From Felis catus (taxonomy: Eukaryota): 64,000 bases of DNA. The notes beneath the pieces were generated by a model. It was not told where the DNA came from. It made no database searches and saw nothing but the letters and a program-made list of their open reading frames with translations. Where the stretch lies: NCBI RefSeq assembly GCF_018350175.1, contig NC_058368.1, positions 15,440,001-15,504,000 of the forward strand. The letters are read 5' to 3'. Positions 61,237-64,000 of the stretch are shown in pieces (position 1 is the first letter of the stretch; every line of letters starts with the position of its first letter). Both the position numbers and the translations under genes were made by a program.

Positions 61237-61775
61237 ATGATTTAATCAATCATGCCTATGTAATGAAGCCTCCATGAAAACCCAGAAAGACAGGGTTCAG
61301 AGAGCATCTAGGCCGGCCGTGCTGGGGCGTGCTGGGAGAGGGGATCACTCGGCATGGAAGCTCTGTGTCCTTTCCCCATACCTTGCTCTATGCATCACCT
61401 GCTGCTGTCTGGTTGTTTCTGAGTTATATCCTTTTACAATAAACTGGTAACCTAATAAGTAAAATGTTTCTCTGAGTTCAGTGAGCTGCTCTAGAAAATT
61501 AATTGAAGCTGAGGAGGGGGGCTTGGGAACCTCTGATTTATCACCATTCAGAAACACATGTAACAACCTGGGGCTTAGGACTGGTGTCAGAAATGTCTAT
61601 ATTGCAGAGGAGGGTGTCGTAGGACTGAACCCTCAACCCGTGAAATCTGATACTATCTCCCGATAGTGTCGTCGGAATTGGGTTGAATTATAGGACACTC
61701 CGCCAGTATTCCTAGAATTGCTTGTTGGTGTGGAGAACAGCTCCCCAGTTCTGCCTCACACACTGGAATTGGTAC
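61237..61775 (+). mobile_element. MER21-like LTR
   Basis: TTAATCAATCATGCCTATGTAATGAAGCCTCCAT..GGCATGGAAGCTCTG..AATAAACTGGTAA..GTTTCTCTGAGTTCAGTGAGCTGCTCTAG. Confidence 0.82.
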
Positions 61776-62344
61776 CAGATCCTATTTAACCTGAAACTAA
61801 TATAATGCTATATGTCAATTACATCTCAATCAAAAAAAAACCCAAAACACCAACTATTCTTTCTTGACTCAGGATGCCTCCAGAGTCCCTAATATCTTTG
61901 GGTATTTAAATTGTAGGAGAGATGTCTGGCTGCTTCTGAAGATGACTGATGATGTAAGACAAACAATTGGATTTCATGATTCTGGAGGTCCAGATTGAGA
62001 TTCAGACCAGTGGGTGATGGCAGGAGTGAAGTTAGGAATAAGGCTGGCTGGCAAGTCACCATTCCTAGTGTTTAGGCAGCATCTCCCACCACCATGAATC
62101 CAGTTTCTCCGGCATATTAAACTTCCTCTAACGCTTCACCTCCAGTAACCATGGATTAGTGGGCATAATGAGCTGATAGTAGCAGCAAATATGTGAGGTT
62201 TTTCCAATGCCATTTGAAAGATTCCTTTGAAGAATCAGGCTTCTATCATTGTATATTTTTAAAAGCTCCTAACATTTTAGCTGACTTACAAATATCATAC
62301 CAAGCCTATTTTCATTAATAGCTTTGGGGACAAGTCATTTTTCC

Positions 62345-62790
62345 CTGCAACTTGTATGTTGAGAAATTCCAAATCTACTGAAAAGTTGCAAGGATAATAA
62401 CCATGCACACCTATAGTTGTTTAACTATAGACTTTAACTAGACTAAACCAATTGTGAACATTTTGACATATATGCTTTATCGTATTTCTTTCTGTATGTG
62501 TGCATAAATGTGTGTGCTTGTTTTTTGGGTTGTTTTTGTTTTTGTTTTTGGCTAAAACATTTGAGTGTTATTTGCTGATATTAGGACACTTTTTGGCTAC
62601 AAACTTCAACATGCATTTCCTAATAACAGAACATTCTCCTATATCACTTAGGAAATTTAATATTTATATAATACAATTATCTAGTGTGCTATCTATGTTT
62701 AAATTTCCCTGGTTGCCCTCATAATGTCCTTTATAAGAAAGCCATTTTTTCTTCTAATTGGCCAAAGGATCTTGCATTGCATCCGGGAAT
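62345..62790 (-). mobile_element. Old L1MC-type 3'UTR fragment
   Basis: GAAATTCCAAATCTACTGAAAAGTTGCAAGGATA..CAATTGTGAACATTTTG..CATGCATTTCCTAATAACAGAACATTCTCC. Confidence 0.65.
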
Positions 62791-64000
62791 GGATCTTGAA
62801 ATCTGCTCCCTATTTCTTTTTCTGAATATTCATCTGACTCCTAAATAATGTAATATGGCCAAAACTGGCTGTATCCAAAACAGCCTGCCTAAGCTGCCAA
62901 TTACTAATCATTCTTCCTAAATACCCATTTTACTGTGGAAAGCATCATCATTGACTGTCAGCCGTAGAGGACCAGGAAAAATGGAGAACTTATTTAGCAA
63001 AATTCATATGTATATATTATGCTAAATACTGGGCTAATATCCAGAAGGGATGGGCAATTTACATACTATGTAATCAACTAAGGTTCTATTTGTAGTTATA
63101 TTATGAGGGACAATGGCTCATTAATTCAAGTAAATGCTGTGCCTTGATTAAAAATGTCATCACGTAGAAACTCTGTGAGCTTGAGACTTAAAATGTAAGA
63201 CCTAAAACATTTATATACATTTGTAATATTCAAATCTATTTTTAAGGAGTAGACTATAAAGCATCTTAGTTTAAACAAATACATAACTGTATTTGTAGTT
63301 GTCATGAATAGTGGCTTGCTTAATTATTTGATAATACTCAAGTTCTTTTCAGACAACCTGTGTCATCACTTTTTGTTTTTTAATTGTACCTATACATGTG
63401 ATTTTATGGATAGAGGATAGCTATTAGTCTTTGGAATACTCTTATTTGCAAAACCAGAGAACTGGATATATTATATAATTTATATTCCTCTCTTCCCTCT
63501 GCTTCAATTATCAAGATATTTTAAGTAGAGGTGAAGTTTGGGGGTTAATTTATGGAGTGAATGAAATATTTACTACATATCCATTGTTATAAATTGAAAG
63601 TTTATGAGATGATGAAAATTTACAAGAAAATACATATAAAACAATAGGCATTTACAGAAAGAGGCAAACCTAAAGGTCCTCTTTAAACACATTAGCTTGG
63701 ATGCCTATGGGAGATGGAAGGAAATGGAATGAGGAATCAAGATAAAGAGGAATCAATGAAGACAATAAGCTACAAACTGAGGAATCTACCTACTTAAAGA
63801 ATTAGGCAGCAGTAGACCCAAACAAAAGTACTGGTTGGGAGGAATACAGTATCACATTTTCCCCAATTACAGTGAGTGGTCCATGGCTGCCCACTTGTGA
63901 GGAATCTGCTTAGACTTAGAGGGGACTTCATTAAATGGCTGTTGAAAAACAAACGTCCAGGTTTTTCCCTATTCCCTTACAGCAGTTTTATAGGAACCCA

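Noticed and set aside
1..64000. CRISPR arrays, operons, rRNA or another novel multi-gene system
   Set aside because: This is repeat-rich mammalian non-coding DNA. I found no repeat-spacer array, no rRNA and no intact non-transposon ORF.

Overview
Mammalian, almost certainly felid, genomic DNA. About 34 tRNA-derived CanSINEs, several matching the cat SINEC_Fc type, sit among carnivore L1 3' ends and older eutherian repeats (L1M/HAL1, L2, MIR, CR1/L3, MaLR/ERVL/ERV1 LTRs, hAT DNA transposon fossils). I found no convincing intact protein-coding exon. The supplied ORFs are L1 ORF2 remnants, SINE or microsatellite artefacts, or GC-rich shadow ORFs. The one clear functional landmark is a CpG island at about 48.9-50.6 kb with CCAAT/GC boxes and a plus-strand, ATG-less first exon ending at a CAG|GTCAGT donor (49652/49653). 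The gene is unidentified, and the rest of the window is probably its first intron. I see no well-supported novel biological system. The points worth checking are a hidden hAT transposase fossil, a 5'-inverted (twin-primed) L1, a SINE+L1 composite under one TSD, a perfect 22-bp palindrome containing a kappaB site, local tandem duplications, a ~580-bp pyrimidine tract, candidate microexons and a possible decayed exon. Repeat subfamily names come from recalled consensus sequences, not a database search, and boundaries of old repeats are approximate.
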